A DNA stretch of 64,000 nt, taken from the NCBI RefSeq assembly GCF_006345805.1, contig NC_042999.1:80724001-80788000 (forward strand), read 5' to 3'. A program made the position numbers and the translations under genes. The stretch comes from Octopus sinensis. Taxonomy: Eukaryota. The first letter of the stretch is position 1, and each line of letters opens with the position of its first letter. Positions 28,794-44,531 of the stretch are shown piece after piece. Below the pieces are notes generated by a model. It did no database searches. It was not told the origin of the DNA and saw nothing but the letters and a program-made list of their open reading frames with translations.

Positions 28794-28999
28794 AATATCA
28801 ATCTACCTACCTCTATCTCTGTAACTATCTATGTTTCTGTTTGTGAATGTGTGTGTGTATACGCGCGCGCGTGCACGCAAGTGTTTGTGTGTGTGTGTGT
28901 TTGCTTCAAATACTAAGTTTGAAATCCTGTGTTGAAACAGATGTCACTGTATTTAGGGATTATCATCTTCGCCAATTATACATCCGCACTATCTATTTA

Positions 29000-30974
29000 A
29001 TCTGGATAGCTGCCTTGTACAGAGGCATCCGTTCGGTAATTTGCGTAAATGGACATCTATCGAGACCTTTCGACATTGCACGTTCGGTCTGTCAGGGATG
29101 CCCCCTCTCGGCGCTTCTATACGTATTGACTCTTGATCCACTACTGCGGAAGCTGGCGACTCTGAGGGGCATCCCGCGAGAATTGGGATGCGGGACGAGC
29201 GTGTCTGCATACGCGGACGACGTCACCGTCATAGTGTCAAGCCACGAGCACATCGAGCGGGTCGGCGAGACACTGAAATACTACGAAGCGGTGACAGGAG
29301 CAAAAATCAACCGGGAAAAGTCAGTGGGCTTGCGGCTTGGCACCTGGAGAAGCAAGCCCATGCCGTCCACCAGTACCTCCGTCGTGGGACGCTGGACAGA
29401 CGGCCCGGTTGAGTTGCTCGGGGTCTGGTTCGGTCCGGACCTCCAAATGGAGAAGAACTGGAACGAGATAACGAGTAGGGTGGTCACTCTCGCCCAGCAA
29501 TGGGCCGAGAGGAAACTGTCCCTAAAAGGTCGGGCGGAGGTGGCGAACACGTACATCGCGTCCATCATCTACTACCGCCTGACCGTCGTACCTTGTCCCG
29601 ACCCTACCATCACCAAACTAGAACGCATTCTCTTCCGCTTCTTGTGGAAAGAATGCATCCCGTTGGTCAGGCGATCCATTTGCTGTCAACACCTGTTAAA
29701 AGGAGGGCTGGTCATGCCGTGGTTGATGATGCGCAGACACGCGCTGAGACTGCGACATCTCCGGCTCTATGTAGACGACGGTGAACAGGTGTGGTCGCCG
29801 TTTGTGAGGCACGCATTCCCGCAACTCGTCTCCATGACCGAACTGCAGTCGTGGTTCAAAAAGAGGCCGAGGAAGGGCGTATGGCACCGCGAGTGTCGCG
29901 TTGCTCTCAAGCAACTCTGCCGTCCCGGGTCGACCTTGAGTGACTTCAACACAACCAAAGCATTCTATAGGGGATTAGTGGAGGGGGTGGTACGACGACG
30001 AGCTCGGGGCAAACCTGGGCGTCGACGAGGAATACCTGACCCGCCTGTTTCAAACGACTTTCGGCCCGGGACCTATGGACAACTTCCAGAGATCCCTGGC
30101 CTGGCGGTGTTACCGAGAAGCGCTACCCGTTCGGCATAAGCTCTATAGGCATGGCTCGAGAAACACGGGGCCGACCTGCCCGAGATGCGGGCAGAGCGAC
30201 GAAACCGCTCTGCACGCAATCGTGCAGTGTCCAACAATTTCCCACCTGTGGGCTTATGTCGAACGACTGTTGTCACGTGTGGGACGTGTCGGTTTATCAG
30301 CCGAGTCTATCGTTAATATCGTCACGCCTCCTTCCTTCAAACGGGAAGGAAGAGCTATTTTTATCATACTTGTGGCTATGGCGAAAGAATGTATCTGGTG
30401 GACGCGCCTGAAAGGATTAGAGACAAACACTTTCCTCTCTGGTCAATCTCTCATCAACTTCTTCAAGTATCACTTGAAGAGGAAAGTGTGAGTAGAGAGG
30501 CAAGTTTTGTCTAGTGAATGTTTTAAAAAAAGATGGGTGAATGTAGCAAGAATGGCACGTATGAATGACGAAGCCACCTTGACTATGATTCTATGAACCG
30601 TAAAAATTAATACAGAGAGTTGCTTATTTGCAAAAAAAAAATATATAACATGTGACTTCATTGGCCGAGGTTACCGTGGTCTTTTCCGTAGGCTTTTCTT
30701 TCCACGGGTAAACCTCACCTCTCCTCCCCTTTACACTTCATATTGACATTTCTGTGATTACGATCCCTATTGATCAACTTTTTTTTCCTCTCCCCTTTTC
30801 TTTTTTCCCCCTCTCCCCCCCTTTTTTAAAAATCCTCCCATTTTTTGTCCTCTTTCTTTCCTTTTACGATCCCTTTTGATCGAAAACCAACGCCCTCTTT
30901 TTTACCCCAAAAGAAAAGCTCTACCTTGTAATTTGTTCTGTCTGTGTGCAGCCCTGTGTGGCTAATAAAGAAAC
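29000..30974 (+). mobile_element. 5'-truncated Tx1/L1-clade LINE, relatively young
   Basis: QGCPLSALLY, AYADDV, KINREKS, LLGVWFG, LSLKGR, then CPRC..DET..HA..QC; one frameshift in a G-run near 29985, premature TGA at 30489-30491; pyrimidine-rich 3' UTR, AATAAA at 30964; GC well above flanks. Confidence 0.92.
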
Positions 30975-31615
30975 ATATTTAATCTTCACTTAGCTATAGT
31001 TATTATTATTATTATCATCATCATTATTATTGTCGCTGTTGTTGTTGTTGTGAAAAAATATCGTATCTTTCGCAGCATTTATATCCTGTGATTTATCCAA
31101 TACTATTTCGTAATGGAGAGCGTGGTCGGCACATAAGTATGGAACATGCTCAACAGAGGCAAACGAAAGGCAAATTCAACCTCGGCAGAATTTGAACTCA
31201 GAATGTAAATACAGACGGTCATAATATACAAACATTTCCCATGGCACAAGTACACTGTTTACAGATGCTTACATTATTTATGTTTTCCTTGAATTTGTCA
31301 CGGGTCCAGCTAGTTATATATTATTAGTCATTTGTCAATGTTCTCTCGTCTCATAATCTCTGACCTCTTCAACGACCTCCTGTCCCTCACATCTCCTTTT
31401 GTCCTGTTTCTTCCATTTGGTCTATTTGTAGTATGTATCCCTATCTGCGCGTGCATGTACCTCTGTATCTGTGTGTGTCTACGTGTTTAGTTTAAGTGTA
31501 TCTGGTGTGCGTGTATATAAAGTGGCTTTTAATTGGCTAAAGATGACCATTCCAAGTATAACCCTATGTATGTATGTGCATATATATATATATATTATAT
31601 ATATATATATATATA

Positions 31616-31650
<35 letters not shown>

Positions 31651-31705
31651 TACTATCCGCACGTTAAATATATGTATATATATACATACATACATATATA
31701 TATAT

Positions 31706-31744
<39 letters not shown>

Positions 31745-32002
31745 CATACATATATATATATGTGATGTGCGAATAGTATCATAATGTTGCATTTGTAATT
31801 AGGCGGAAATGCAGTGAATGTGATAGGGTTCAACACAAAAGTATTTAGCTGCGTAATTTAGTGAAAGCAACAATTAAGATGAGGACAGCACTCCGACTAA
31901 AGTAAACACTCTATCTTTAGTTACTGTTAGCAATAAATCATCCTTAATCCCAACAATTAATGAGAAGTCATACGGTTATGGGAGAATTATTAGCAACGAT
32001 GG

Positions 32003-32033
<31 letters not shown>

Positions 32034-32055
32034 AATGATGATGATGATGATGATG

Positions 32056-32110
<55 letters not shown>

Positions 32111-32119
32111 CTGTTTTTA

Positions 32120-33080
32120 GTTTTTAAGGCAGCTGAAAATACAAACAGAAAGTCATACTACCAACTATAAAGAAAAAGAAGAAACAACAAAAGCAGTAAA
32201 AGAGAAAATCCAAACTAAAACTAGACCAGCAACATATAAAACGATGGCAAGAAAAAACCCTTCATGGAAAATACTGGGAGAAACTAAACGCAAAAGAAAT
32301 AGACAAAGTAATGGCCGAGAAGTTCAGGATTCAAAGTAGAGACTGAAGGATTTTTAATTGCAGCACAAGACCAAAGACTCCACACTAGAAATTACCCAAA
32401 AAACATATAATAAAAAGAAACATAACAAGTAACTGCAGAATATGTGAAGATGGACAAGAAGCAATAAATAATACTGACTAAGAAGAAATATATTGACAGA
32501 CACGACAGAGTTGGAATCTACATACACTGGAAGCTATGCCAACAGTATGGAATAGCAACAGAAAATAAAGATGGTATAGTAACAAGCTATAAAAGGTCAC
32601 AGAAAACGAGAAAGCAACAATACTATGGGATATGCCAATACACACAGATAGAGGAATTAAGACTAATAGACCAGATATAGTTGACAGAGATCATGAAGAA
32701 AAACATTCTTTCTAATTGATCTATCAATACCAACAGATGACAACGTTTCTCTAAAAGAAATGGAGAAACTTTCAAAATACAAAGACCTGGAAATAGAAGT
32801 AAGACGAATGTGGAGACGAAAAATAGAAACAATTCCTCTCATAGTAGGCGCATTAGGTATTATAAAAATATTCAGACAAATACGTAACAAAAACACCAGG
32901 ACTAACAAATATATATAACATACAGAAAATAGCACTACTAGACACTGCAAACATGGTACGTAAACCACTTTAATTGCAGTAACCATAAGAGCATCACGGC
33001 AAACCGCAGCACAGTCCCAAGGCACAGAGAGCTACGCTTGGCAGTGCAGTGAAAGTACGTTATGAAAATAAGACAACTGA
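32120..33080 (+). mobile_element. R4/Dong-like LINE 3' fragment with deletions
   Basis: Homologous to 46370-47378; (GAT)n(AAT)n upstream and AAT repeats downstream. Confidence 0.88.
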
Positions 33081-33124
33081 ATAATAATGATAATAATAAA
33101 GAAAAGAGAAAAGAAAAAAGAAAA

Positions 33125-33362
33125 GAGTTTGGACGTGGACTTTTACAATTGGAATTAATAATGAAGACTGCCAAAATTGGCCTAGACACCTACCTGAAAA
33201 ACTGTGATGACTGAATGTTTAAACTTGTCTAGATGTTTAACCTTGTCTGGATATTTAAACTTGTCTCAAAGCATGAAAACAAGAAAGCATCATACTCAGT
33301 AGCAAAAGAAGCAAAGGAATATCTTTGAGTCAACTTGTACAAATATAATGCAAATGTCAAAC

Positions 33363-33408
<46 letters not shown>

Positions 33409-33915
33409 GTGAACTGAATAGAACGAGGTATGGCTACAAAATTGACAACAGGAAAATAAGCCATATATTTGGTATGGGTGATTTAAAACTATATGGCAAA
33501 TATGATGAAGAGCTTGAAGGACTACGACATACTGTGAAAGGATTCAGTGATGATTTCGGGATGGAGTTTGGCCTTGAAAAGTGTGCCAAATCCACTTTTA
33601 AGAAACGGAAATTGGTAAAGTCAAGTTCAATCGAATTAGATGTCAAAACAGTAATAAAGGAACTTGAGCAGGAACAAACCTATAAATACCTAGGAATAAA
33701 TAAAGACTCTGGTATCCAGCATGCAAGCATGAAAGAGAAGGTTAGGAAGGAAGAAGATTTCGAGCAATCCTGAAATCTGAGCTGAATGCATATAATAAGG
33801 TGTTAGCGATAAATTCCTTAGCAGTCCTAGTTGTTCTTTATAGCTTCAATGTGCTTAACTGGAATACCAGTGAAATAATGAAAATTGCAAGAAAAATCCG
33901 CAAGCTACAGACGTG
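33125..33915 (+). mobile_element. Two further R4/Dong-like fragments separated by (AAT)n
   Basis: GRGLLQLE..K...IGL at 33130-33200; GDLKLY, FGLEKCAK, YKYLG at 33474-33773. Confidence 0.8.
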
Positions 33916-36900
33916 AAGGGAGAAGAAAAAATAAACAACTACGACCATTTGAAATGGGAAATATGAAGTTTGTGGCCAATGAGGAGAGTAGACTTGAAAG
34001 TCACCCAGTCTTCAAATATTCGCGATGACTTAGTGAAGTTAATAACAACCTATCTAAAGATCTGCAACGGCACATTTCGATACATCATAATATATATTGC
34101 CAACGCAACATAACAAACTATATCGGCAAAAATAATACTACCCTGTATGCTCGAGCGCACGCGAGAGAGACAGTTTCAGTAAAATTTTAGTTTAAGTCAA
34201 TTTCTGAACTGGTAATTTCCCAAAATAATCGAAAGATTGACTTTGCTATATTCTGTATAAATTACAAAGGTTTTTCTGTTATTAATTCAACATTCAATAA
34301 TTTGGAATGTAGTGTAAAGGTTTTTAGCAAAATTTTGTTTCAGAGAAATTAAGACTGTCTGTGGTTTTCTTTGTTTCGTCACTAGCTTCTGAATTTAAAT
34401 AGCTCCGAACGCCAAAGAGACGTTCATTATGCTCAGCAGGACACCAACATCGGATTTTTGCAGTCATATGAAAGATAAGGGGAATTGTAGAAGAATGAGT
34501 GCATTCGTCTAAGCTTCCACATTCAACAGATTAATAAGTGCTTATACAATATTTATTATGAGTTTATTTCCATATGATGAGCATAGAAGTGACAGATTAA
34601 ACTGTTAACGTGATAACTGAATTGTACATCTAAAGAATACTTTTATATGATGTGTCAGTTTATCTGAAAAGATAAATCGTTAAGTAGGCACTGGTGATAT
34701 TTAATACTTCAATGATATTTTCTTCATTGCAACAGCGATCCTTACTTCAGTGAAATAGATTAGCTATACCGATCACCTTATGACACAATAGAACCTGCTG
34801 TTGTGTAATATTTCGTGCTCTGGTCTATCTCCAGTTACATATATTAAAATGGTTCAATTGCAAATGGTAATTTGTTCATGTACGTCAGATTTATTGACTA
34901 AAAATTGATGTATCATATTTAGCTCTGAAACTAAATGTTCACTATACCTTCAAATTTGCTGTAAAAAATTATACGAGTAATTATTGAAAAAGTAAATCGT
35001 TAGACCAATAAGATATTATCAATTTAATGATAGACGTCTTTCATATTCACATGAAACAGGAAATTAATTTTAATAGTTCACATTTTAAACTGGCACGAGC
35101 AATGTTGCGAACAGAAACAAGTGCAATCTGGAGAAGATGCAGAGCAGTTGTCCCTCGTGATTCTGATTCTAGGTTATGCCAAGTCTGAATTTTAACTATT
35201 TCCTTTTCGGGTTGGATCAATGCGTGTCACATATAAAGGAACTACATTTAAAAACAATGGAAGAAACTTGGAAGAAAGTCTTGTGTGTAATTTCAATTCG
35301 CATGAATGGCTTTTATTTGCTTCGTTAAACCTTCCAATATCTGTGAAAGTAACGTCTCATATTTCTTTCTTTACTTAAAATATAACTCGTTCCTGTATTA
35401 GAAATAACAAAGCAATAATTTATTTGTAAGAAATTTAATGCAAAAAAGAAGCTACAGTCTAAAATATTTCACCATCAATTATTATACGATTTCCAGGCGA
35501 CGAACTGATGCGACAGAATGCCTTGCCATATCTGTTCTGACACTCGGTGCTCTGAGTCCAAAGACATCCAAAGTCAACTTAGCCATTAATTTTTTTCGAA
35601 GATCTACAAAGAAATACCAATCCGAAAGCAGAGCAGAATACTTTGATGTATTCGCGTTCAGTGGGTTAGACGTAATTCCCTCTTGATTTAATCCCTACTC
35701 TCTATCTCTTTCTCTCTTGTTTTTTTTCCTCGCCACCAGTCAAGGAGGTCGTATGAAGAATCAGGAGTATTGCTTTTCCCACTTGTTTGAAAAAGTGAAA
35801 AGCGTTCTGCCACCTCTGCATTCACTATTTTGAAAATAACTCATTAACGGTAATGATTTTTGTTATGATATGATTGTAGTTCCAGCTGATTAGATGTTTT
35901 TATATTTTAAAAACGTGGCTCGACGTATACCAAATTGAATCTTTTAGTATATGTGATAATTTTGCAGACCATGAACTTAAAAAATATATTTTAGAAATTG
36001 AGTTTAATTTAAAAGTTGCAAGCGTTGTAAAGTTTTAGAATGTCATAAATCATAGTTCAGTCAATAAATTTAGTTAAATTTAATTAAATGGCAACATTAA
36101 AACATTTGGTTACGGCATAACTTTAAAAATCTAAGAATCTCGGGTTTACATTCAGTGAATGAAGAACGTTTGCCGTTGTTTTACTTTTTCCTATAATGAC
36201 GCTAACCTTTAAAAAGAAACTGTATACACATGTGAGTAAATGACATGATGCGTACGTGTGTGCTGTGCCGTTAGTAATGTAATGTAATTCCCTACCGATA
36301 GATATTGATGTATCTATCTGCAGTGTACTTCAGACGGTTTCCAATTTACCGTTCCACATAGCTCCACGGTTGTGTAAGAATTTGAGATCTGTTGTAACTT
36401 GCTAACTACGTACATGCTGCACATATCAGCAGTCAATAAAAATTGTTCCCGTTATTTGAAGGCATTTACTTTCCTGTAAAAGTAACGAGGGAAGCAAACT
36501 TGATTTGAACTTATATCGTGAAGAACCGGAGTAAGTACCCAACGAATTGTATCTGACACTTTAACACTAAATAGTCAATATTCGCCTCCCGTTATATAAA
36601 AATTAAAAGTATAAAATCTGGGTTATTCGATAAAATAACTGTATCCATCATTTGACAAATAATTTGCTCACTACAAGAGAGTGTTTCTTTTTCATTTTAT
36701 GGATTAAAATATTGTGTTTAGAGATCGAAACCGTGTTGCAGTAACGGATTATAATTTGAGTACTTCTTCCATTGCAAAGCGTAAGATATCCAACATTAAA
36801 AGCTATCCACCGATTGATAACCTATAGCTTTTTCATTTATTCATCTAAGTAGAACCAGTTATTGTTGTTCGTATACACAAATGCCATCGGTTATATACAA

Positions 36901-37755
36901 ATTGTTAAATTATTCCATGCTGTTTTCTCAGATCTTACCGATCTTTAAATCCTAAATATTTTGAGGTATATTTTCGTTTAGAATGAAAATGTTCCATGGA
37001 CTTAGATACGAAGTAATCGATAGTTTTACTCCACTTTAAAAGGATTTGTTTCCTCTTTTGTGCTTAAGGGTATATTTGTACATCTGTGACTACAAAAGTT
37101 CTAAGGTTTAACTGCGAGAGAATTAGCTACATAACCTTTAGATATATGCCGTTATTTCTGTTATCTATTGTCGCATATATTTTAGGATAAGTAACTTTAA
37201 AAAGAATTTCCGATCATCCAAAGGTACATATCGACCAACCAGTTTTCTATAATTCCTTCGTGATGCATTTGAAATAGATGAAATAAGACTTAGCAAACAA
37301 ACATATTGAAGATCATACATTGTGTTTCGACAGAGTTTCGTAAAATATAATTCCTAAAAGACTACCAACTTTTGGCAAAATACGAGAAAAATGTTGCATA
37401 AAATTGGCATTACAATCCAAAAGAAATCAAACCTGAAACAAAAAATAATAGGATATAGTATCTGATAAGAAAAACTGAAGAAAATGCTTCGGGACAATTG
37501 TCGTGTGTAACGCAAAATTCAAGATTATTTGTGAAGTTTCAAATTCAGCAACGTAAATAGAAAGAAGAGTTTTCTGTTTCTAGTAGGGTTAGTGTTTTAT
37601 TTTTCCTACATTTTATTTCGGATGGAAAACTAATGAAATATCGTCTGTGAGCAACGACTTTCTTATACAAACTATTACTGATATGAATAAGAAATAAATC
37701 AGGGTATTTAACATAATTGGTAGAAGATATATTTGCAATATTTCTATCTCCTCTA

Positions 37756-37970
37756 AAGGTGGCAAGCTGGTAGAATATTAAGCACGTCGGACAAAATGCT
37801 TTGCGGCATTTCGCCACTCTTTCTAAGTTCGAATTCCGTCGAAGTCGACTTTGCCTTTTATCATTTAAGGGGGCTATAAAATAAGTACTGATTGAACAGT
37901 GCAGTCGATGTCATCGATTTAAACCTTTCCTCTAAAATGGTAGCCTTGTGCCAAAATTTGAAACTAATAT
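37756..37970 (+). mobile_element. Family B SINE
   Basis: AAGGTGGCAAGCTGGTAGAAT...GTTCGAATTCC...GCCTTGTGCCAAAATTTGAAAC. Confidence 0.8.
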
Positions 37971-39724
37971 TTCTATCCCTTCAATGATTCAATCACTCAT
38001 AATGTGACTGGCGTGTATATGATTATTCTATTTGGATATATCGCTTCCTGACTGGATTCAACTAATTTAATGTCTAAAATATAATAACGGTTTTAGGACC
38101 AAAAGATCCCAGTTCGAACACAAACATGGGATACAGTGATATCTAGGAATAAGGCACATGACGATGATTGGGAACAAAGAATTCTAAAAGTCTTATGTGT
38201 GTGTGTGTTTGTGTGAGTATGCCAATATTGAAAATATACATACCCAGTATGTAATTAATATTATCGAAAATTGTAATCGTATTTTAGAGATAAATAAGAA
38301 TATCAGTGGCAATTTATTTCATCGTTGTTAGTTTCTATAGTTAGCATTAATATTTGACTATCTGTTCTTATACTGTTGGTAGAAATAATAAAATCTATAC
38401 TTTGCAATGGCCACTTCATCTTTGTGGCGTTGTGTAGGGATTTGTATCATTGTTTAACACTACAATATGGCTAATAGAAAACAGTAGCGGAATCTGTTAA
38501 TCGCCAATATTCGGAATCTTCTTTTCAATCTGGTGTAAACTCAATTTTACTTTGTTTCCTAAATCAGCGTTCCTTGAATTATGGTTGGTTTCTCTCTTGT
38601 ACGAATGGCTGCTCTTTTCCGCCGACTAAATATCAAAAGAAATTATCCCCTGTTCATCGACATTGTCATGTGTTGTATTACTTAGACCAATTTAAAATAA
38701 TGCACTTTGAAAAATATAATTCAGAAGCAAATATTCTTCGTGGCATTTAGTTACGTGTTCTCAAAACTCGACACAAAATCTTGCCTGGGCTAACAAAAGT
38801 TTTACCAATAAAATAATTATCGGAAGTGTCGCTTCGAAGATTAATAAAACATTAATATTCACTTACAGTATGTTGTTTGCCACCAATATGAGACATTTCT
38901 AATTTTGTTGAAAATCTGGCAGACAATGTTAAACTCAGATGCATGCCCGATATATTAGGATTTTTAGATGATTCAGCTTCTTTGCTTCAGATTACTTAAT
39001 GTAGATTTTACAGTTCGCTTCCTTCACATTTCCTCCATCGGGTCCTTGTGTCAATTATAAGACATTATACATTTATTTATGAGACAAGAACAATAAGATT
39101 TCGGTCTAGTGAGGTTCGAAGTTTTATCATGATGTAAAAATACAAGCACACATATATATGTGTGTGTGTGTGTGTGTTCGTGTGAGTATGCTTGAAATTG
39201 TACATACGTGAGAATATGTGTGTGTGTGTGTATCTGCGGAGTATGACAGTTTGTTTCTAATTAATTGTCTGTAGTGTACATTATTGATTCTTTTTATTGG
39301 CATTGTCACGAGTTAAATGAACCTGAGAAAACAACGAAAGTTAACTGAAAATATTTTCCACTTGTCTAAGGAGAAACCGGCTTGTTTCTCCCAAAGCAAT
39401 AATTTATATTACTTATTATGGCGCAAACGAAAGAATATTCCTTTAAAGGCTGAAGAATTACGTATAATATATTTTTCCTGTTTGTACTTCACGCAAAAAA
39501 CTATAAATCTGTACATGAATGTGGAAAAATATTTCTTGGATGCATCCTCGACAAGAAACAAACATCGCATTACAAACTAGCAATTTATTTATAACTCCCC
39601 TTACAAGAGGGAAAGCCTACACCTTGTGGTTTTAAGATGAATCTGTGAAACCCACAATAATTCATACCAAAAGCTTAATACGGCCCTGAAATATCCTTGT
39701 CAATATACTACTATCTTGGGTGAC

Positions 39725-39910
39725 TAATATTGTTTTAAATTTTGGCACACGGCCAGCAATCCAGTGATAAGAGATACGTATTCTATCAACCCAGAATGCA
39801 TAAAAGGTAAAGTTGACCTCGGCGGTATTTGAACTAAGAACTTAAAGACAGACGCAATGCCGTTAATCAGTTTCTTTGGCGTGTTAAACATTCTGCCAGC
39901 TGACCCCTTC
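39725..39910 (-). mobile_element. Family B SINE
   Basis: Reverse-complement match to family B. Confidence 0.75.
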
Positions 39911-40256
39911 ATCGGGCTCCTAATATTAACGTTTCAAAAGTCCTTTTCGTGATATAGGGTATGTTTTTATTATAAGTTACTCATTACTTTCTCTCTTCAT
40001 TAGATTACTGACAAATTGCGTATTCTATGAATTTCTCTTCTGTGAAAGTTTATATTTCACTTCTGTAGCCACATTTTGAGTTTATAAATTTCAACAAATA
40101 AAATTAAAATAGAATGACAGCCGAAAAGTAAGTGATTCCGTTATCCAGAGTGTAACTGTGTATTATCCTGAGGCAATTGAAGATTTGATGGTATCACACC
40201 TTACGTAATCACATACGTACATAAATACATATAAATACTGGTACACGCACAAACAC

Positions 40257-40500
40257 ATATTTGTTTCAAATTGTGACACAAGGTCAGCAGTTGCGAGGAA
40301 AGGGCTAAGCCGATTAAATCGACCCCAGTGCTCAACTAGTACGTATTTTATTGACTTCGAAAGGATGAAAAACAAAAAACAAAAAAAGAAAGAAAAAGGA
40401 AAAAGACACCGGCGGAATTTGAACTCAGAATGTAGAGACTGACGAAATGCCGCGAAGCATTTCGCCCGGCGTGCTAATGATTCAGTCTGCTCGCTGCCTT
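40257..40500 (-). mobile_element. Family B SINE with A-rich interruption
   Basis: Reverse-complement match to family B. Confidence 0.8.
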
Positions 40501-41534
40501 GTACAAAATATTTCACGATGTATCAGACATGATGTCAGGCGTTATCTATTTCACGTGTCACCATTTTGCATGTAACCAATAATTCCCATCAACTTAAAAT
40601 CTGTCATTCAGTATTTCCTGGTCAATAGACTTATACTGATTCAGTGTGGCATTTGACAGCAATTACAACGTCGAACGTGTTACCTTCCGATATATTTGCT
40701 TTCTGCACAGCAACATCTACGTTGATATTAGTTCCAATTTGTACCCACATTTTCTTTCTTTGTACATCATTTGCATGTAGCGGGGATACTTGTATTTATG
40801 GACAACTTGCATGCTTGTATGCCATAAGAAAAGAAGCCTTATACAAATAGGAACCTTCGAGAGAAATTCCCAAGTGCAGAAACCTTTGCTTAGCAATGAT
40901 CAAAGGTAGTCCTAGATAAGTTGAATTCTTTTGCATTAGGTTAAAATGCAACTTGATGAGAATTACTGCCAAATGTGTTGAAAAAAATATTCCATAGAAA
41001 AATTTTTCTATACAAGTTAATTCTCTACAGATTATTTTCTGAGAAAAAATGTAAGAAAAATATATATTTGTATTCATAGGGTTCTCCCTGCAGCAACCCT
41101 ATCAATGCACACATTTAAAATCTAGAGGTCTGTGAATAGAAAATAACTCGCTATTATTCTTTATTGTTAGTAAGATAGTTAACGAGTAATTTCATATTTA
41201 GTTCATTTCTTGTTGGCTGTATGTGAAGAATAGAGAAAATAACCGCATAAAATTGCAGATATTTCCTGTTAGATGTAGGTAACTAAAACTTTACATATTT
41301 ATTTATTTCCATTTCTCGGGAGAGAAATTGGTTTGGATATATTTTTATAGCAAACGTTGAGGTTTTCTGTTGCTATTAATCCTTAGTTAATGGAAGTTGC
41401 GTGTTCAGATACAGATCAACTGCACATTAACTCATGGCTTATATCTCACGTTTTCCTTGCTCTCATCGTTCATATACTCTGAGCACACACACACACGCAC
41501 ACACATTCACACACACAAAATACATACATACATG

Positions 41535-42610
41535 ATCATGATAGCTACCACTTCGTTATCGAGTATGGTCATTGCACGAGGCTTAACAGTTAACGACCGT
41601 GATCGACCGTGACAGTTTAGCCCAGGTAAAGATCTTCAATGTCTTGTACAGAATTGGCAGCTAAATCTTCTACTGGCAATAGCCGGGTACAGTTGTAACT
41701 GGGCTTCATGTACCTTTCGATGACGTTTAAGCCTCCCCCGCCGATTTAGTACGGTGTGTAGCACCACCACCACCAGTGGCATGGCTGTCAATAATCGGTC
41801 TCGCTTTATGACTATGAAGATGTTTCTTGAGTCCAGCTTTACTGAGGCAGGGTCTTCTACAGACACTGCATGCCAGCGTCATAGAAGATCCTTACCCTCT
41901 GGAAGCGCAACAGCGATGCACTTCCTGACATCCCTACTTACTTTCTCGAAATTTCTAAAAGTAGCTGTTCCCTCATATACAACCCTTCTCCACTTGCTAC
42001 GGTCAATAGCTATGTTCTCCCATGTGTCAGGGGAGATGCTAGCATCTCTTAATGAAGCCTCCAGCAAGTCCTTATACAGTTTTTGTAGGTTTATGTGGAG
42101 GTCGTTCTCCTTTAGCTAATTCTCCATAAAAGAGTTGCTTTGGCATTCTCGGATCTTTCATCCTGATCAGAAGACCACTCCATCTAAGCCTTTGCTTCAA
42201 CACAAGAGCTTCTATACTTTCACACCGAGAGTTTTCCAAAATCACAAGATCACTGATGCGGTCCTCCCACTTAATCCCATAGATCCGTCTGAGACACATG
42301 TGATAGAAACGTTCCAGTTGTGTACGGTGGTATCAATATGCGACCCAGGTCTCGCAAGCATAAAGAATAGAAGAGAGCACACACGCCTTGTACACCTTCA
42401 TCTTTGTCTTCCTGCATACGTCTCGCTGACTACAGTGGCGCCTTTCTAGAATTCCGAAAGCATCACTTGCTTTCCTAATTCTGTATGGTATTTCATTATC
42501 CAAAATGTAATATCTATCAACAGTGCTTCCCAGGTAGAGAAACTGATCAACTACACCATGTCGTTTAGTTATAGATATTTAGTTCACTATACTGCTTACC
42601 AGGGGCAGGT
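41535..42610 (-). mobile_element. RTE-clade LINE 3' fragment
   Basis: CLRRIYGIKWEDRISD, QRLRWSG, RMPKQLFYGEL, WENIAIDRSKWR; ends at a (TGTA)n tail. Confidence 0.88.
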
Positions 42611-42807
42611 TGGTACATGACACACACTCTCTCTCACTAGACAATGATAAAAAAGAAATCCAGAGAATTTTGTTTCGGAAAGGGACATTTTACTCCCCTT
42701 GGAGTAAACATCTTGACGAACTACAAAAGAAACCAGCAAAATAATTTTTCTTCATTCCCTCCTTTTTCTTTAACATTCAGATACAAACACACACAAACAC
42801 ACGCATG

Positions 42808-42857
<50 letters not shown>

Positions 42858-43150
42858 ACACACACACACACAGAGGCTCTCTCTAACTTTCTCCCCATTC
42901 ATCACCCTCTTGTAGTATCTTATATCCCTCCCAACCACTACACAATCAATAACACTGAAATGGTCAAATTTTTCCCCAAGAACTTAGTTCAATTTGAAAA
43001 CTCCACTAGAATTGGCAAAAGCGCTAATATTTGATATATGATATATGTTATATGATGTATAAAATCATGTAATATACAAATAAATATCTGTAAATATAAA
43101 ACCATCCGAATTTCTTAGTACCTCATTTCTTCTAATATATATATATATAT

Positions 43151-43213
<63 letters not shown>

Positions 43214-44144
43214 TATATATATATTATATATATATATAGATAACATTTAGCTATTTCTTCAGATCTACTACAACCTACCGAGGCTTCGCAAAAGTTAAAG
43301 AGAGAGACAGACAGAAAAAAAGGAAAATGTCTAACCTATTTGAAGTCTATGGAAACATTTTTAAAAAAATGTCATTTCATTTTTCCACATTTTAAATTTT
43401 TTCTTGCTTTACTCTAAGTTGAAAAAAGCAAAAAGACTGAAACCGGTTCTAAAATGTTCGTCATGATAAGATTTTCTATCTTCTCTTATTTTCCTTACAC
43501 ATATCACTTCGTGTGTTACTTTTCAACCTTCTACACACAAACACACACACACATCCCACAAGCACTTATATATGTATAGTTTAAATCTTACACATTTAAT
43601 TACACTGGAACATATCTAGCGTAAAGTTAAAAAAAAATAGATAGATTTAGTTAGAATAAACTGAAGGTTTTATAGATGTATATTTACTTTCACATAATTT
43701 TATGCGTCTTATACTTCCCATATTCAATATAAAAGATATATATTTAAACCGCTCTTATAGAGAGCTTCCTTATATCACATGGAAAACTCACTAGAAGTAT
43801 TGCATTTTTCAGAAAGCTAATGTGCAGCTCCAGCATGGCTGCAGTCGAGTGACTGAAACAAGTAAAAGGATAAAAGAATTAAATATCACTATGGTGTCTT
43901 AATGCTTGTTCGTGTTGTTCAAAGTTTCAGATGGTTGAATATGAAGATCGTACAGGAATCGGTTACGTTTAGAGTGAGGTCCAAAAGATAACATTTCTTG
44001 GTAATCAATAATACTTTGATTTTAAAGAATAGTGGTAGAATTCTGTTTGTCTCTCCCTGTCGCTCTCTCCCTGTGTCTCTCTCCCTGTGTCTCTCTCCCT
44101 GTGTCTCTCTCTGTCTCTCTCTCTTTCTCTTTCTCTCTCTCTCT

Positions 44145-44181
<37 letters not shown>

Positions 44182-44387
44182 CCTATATATGTGGGAAAAT
44201 GTTGAAAGCAATTATAAAGAAAAAAGTATGTTAACTCAAAACATGCCTTTCCCAAAATATAAGGTTACCTCATAAGACTTTTTGTGCCGAGGAAAGGATA
44301 CAATACAAGTATCCAGATTTTGATATAGATGACTTCTTTATTTGCTACATAGGATTAGAAAAGGAGATGATGATTATGATGAAGATA

Positions 44388-44438
<51 letters not shown>

Positions 44439-44489
44439 TAATAATAATAATAAATGATGATGATAATAATAATAATAGTAATAATAATG

Positions 44490-44531
<42 letters not shown>

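Noticed and set aside
34100-37500. Repeat-poor AT-rich stretch as a host gene or regulatory region
   Set aside because: No supportable ORF, splice pattern or motif; needs RNA-seq or conservation data.
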